Shown one piece after another: positions 34,222-35,266 of a stretch of 35,266 nucleotides of DNA; within the stretch, counting starts at the first letter, position 1, and every line of letters starts with the position of its first letter. Source of the stretch: Pseudolysinimonas sp. (GTDB lineage: Bacteria; Actinomycetota; Actinomycetes; Actinomycetales; Microbacteriaceae); the NCBI GenBank assembly GCA_039932215.1, contig JBDTQN010000001.1, forward strand, positions 1 through 35,266, in the 5' to 3' direction. Position numbers and translations under genes: made by a program. Under the pieces are notes generated by a model. That model was not told the DNA's origin. It saw only the letters and a program-made list of their open reading frames with translations, and did no database searches.

Positions 34222-34255
34222 TGACACATCACCCATCTACGAAGGAGTTCCGCGC

Positions 34256-34840
34256 ATGTCGCAGGTCCGCATCGGCATCATCATCGGCAGCACCCGTCCC
34301 GGCCGAGTCGGGGAGACGGTCGCGAAGTGGGTGCTTGAGCACGCCACACAGCGCGATGACGCCGAGTACGAGCTCGTCGACCTTCTCGACTACTCGCTGC
34401 CTCACCTCGACGAGGCCGTCCCCGCCTCGCGCGGGATGTACTCCAACGAGCACACCCGCGCCTGGGCCGACAAGATCGCCTCGTTCGACGGCTTCGTGTT
34501 CGTGACCCCCGAGTACAACCACTCCACCAGCGGCGCCCTCAAGAACGCTATCGACTTCATCTACGGCGAGTGGAACAACAAGGCCGCGGCTCTGGTCAGC
34601 TACGGCGTCCACGGCGGCGTGCGTGCCGCCGAGCATCTGCGCCTGGTGCTCGGAGAACTGCAGATCGCCGACGTCCGGCAGCAGGTCGCCTTCTCGCTCA
34701 TCACGGACTTCGAGAACTACACGTCGTTCGCCCCGAAGGGCGGGCAAGAGGCCCAGCTCACCACGCAGCTCGACCAGCTCGTCTCGTGGGCAGGTGCCCT
34801 GCAGTCCGTGCGCGAGCAGCACCTCGCCGCCGCGGCCTGA
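34256..34840 (+). CDS. NADPH-dependent FMN reductase family protein
   Basis: RIGIIIGSTRPGRVG and FVFVTPEYNHSTSGALKNAIDF motifs. 194 aa. Confidence 0.85.
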   Translation: MSQVRIGIIIGSTRPGRVGETVAKWVLEHATQRDDAEYELVDLLDYSLPHLDEAVPASRGMYSNEHTRAWADKIASFDGFVFVTPEYNHSTSGALKNAIDFIYGEWNNKAAALVSYGVHGGVRAAEHLRLVLGELQIADVRQQVAFSLITDFENYTSFAPKGGQEAQLTTQLDQLVSWAGALQSVREQHLAAAA

Positions 34841-34857
34841 CCCCGCCCCCCACCTTC

Positions 34858-34919
34858 GCGAGTTGCCCGCTTCACCCCGGTCCGGACGCCCGATCACCGG
34901 GGCGAAGTGGGCAACTCGC
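34858..34919. terminator. Long bidirectional hairpin between convergent genes
   Basis: 23-nt arms GCGAGTTGCCCGCTTCACCCCGG (34858-34880) and CCGGGGCGAAGTGGGCAACTCGC (34897-34919). Two positions are G-U/A-C type mismatches. The right arm encodes the last residues of the chitosanase. Confidence 0.55.
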
Positions 34920-35266
34920 CGATCTCGTAGGGGTCGCCGTAGACCATCCAGGCCAGCGGCGGCCGCAGAGCGAGGTTGCCCTGCTCGAGGAACACCCGCT
35001 GCGCCGTGCTGACGCGCGTGGTGTCCTCGTGCGCTGCCTCGCGCCGCATCTCCGCCTCGCGCGCGTCGAGGAACGCCGACAGGTAGGCGGTCTCGTCCCC
35101 GCCCATCGCTGGCGGGTCTGCGATTGCGAGCGCGGCATCCCGGACCGACAGCATGTCGTCGAACCCGTGCATCACCGCGGCGTCGTAGTACGCGAACTGG
35201 CCGAGCGCCTGCAGGCCGTCGGCCTTCGCCTGCGCGACCGCCGGGTCGAAGTAGACCGTGTCGCGC
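34894..35266 (-). CDS. csn: GH46 chitosanase, C-terminal part (5' end lies beyond the window)
   Basis: The translation reaches the window edge. It reads RDTVYFDPAVAQAKADGLQALGQFAYYDAAVMHG...GGDETAYLSAFLDAREAEM...EAAHEDTTRVSTAQRVFLEQGNLALRPPLAWMVYGDPYEI. This is nearly colinear with the C-terminal third of the Streptomyces N174 chitosanase as I remember it. Confidence 0.85.
   Translation of the reverse strand, partial: RDTVYFDPAVAQAKADGLQALGQFAYYDAAVMHGFDDMLSVRDAALAIADPPAMGGDETAYLSAFLDAREAEMRREAAHEDTTRVSTAQRVFLEQGNLALRPPLAWMVYGDPYEIGELPTSPR

Noticed and set aside
1-35266. tRNA, rRNA, transposase/IS ends, integrase, toxin-antitoxin or restriction-modification genes
   Set aside because: I scanned both strands for T-loop-like GGTTCGAAT motifs, long terminal inverted repeats, and small paired ORFs of TA type. 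I found nothing I could support.

Overview
The window is very GC-rich DNA; third codon positions are almost all G/C. The gene set is typical of Actinomycetota: NucS, HemQ/ChdC, a LAXTG-anchored surface protein and a GH46 chitosanase. A Microbacteriaceae-type chromosome is only a guess. I can support about 40 protein-coding genes. I see no tRNA/rRNA, CRISPR array, transposase/integrase or prophage. Left third: a decapitated type III PKS cassette, a HAD phosphatase, nucS, an MFS/LacI pair, an ABC exporter operon with its own regulator, an SDR, an M13 peptidase and a beta-lactamase-fold hydrolase. Centre: a 630-aa sortase-anchored surface protein, then one locus (15.9-26.8 kb) encoding all nine enzymes of coproporphyrin-dependent heme synthesis, interrupted by four small membrane-protein genes. 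Right third: acuI/DUF1304, pfkA, an AlkA-like glycosylase, a thioesterase, a MarR-led operon with a CrtI-family flavoenzyme and two paralogous Met/Gln-rich small proteins, an FMN reductase and the 3' part of a chitosanase gene. This is mostly housekeeping sequence, and I do not see a convincing self-contained novel system such as a defence island. Seven things seem most worth a second look. (1) A low-GC ArsR-type patch is fused in frame to the tail of a type III PKS. (2) Three tandem-repeat arrays each sit on a stop codon; one is a 5x amplification of a stop/start coupling junction and one is a dense G-run array beside nucS. (3) A roughly 300-nt C-tract-rich structured leader or sRNA candidate lies upstream of the surface-protein gene. 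(4) The surface protein itself has six Cys-clamped modules. (5) The MarR/CrtI operon carries two uncharacterised paralogous proteins. (6) Many genes show leaderless-type promoter geometry. (7) Four convergent gene pairs share a 4-nt stop overlap. All calls come from reading the sequence and ORF translations. No database search was run.
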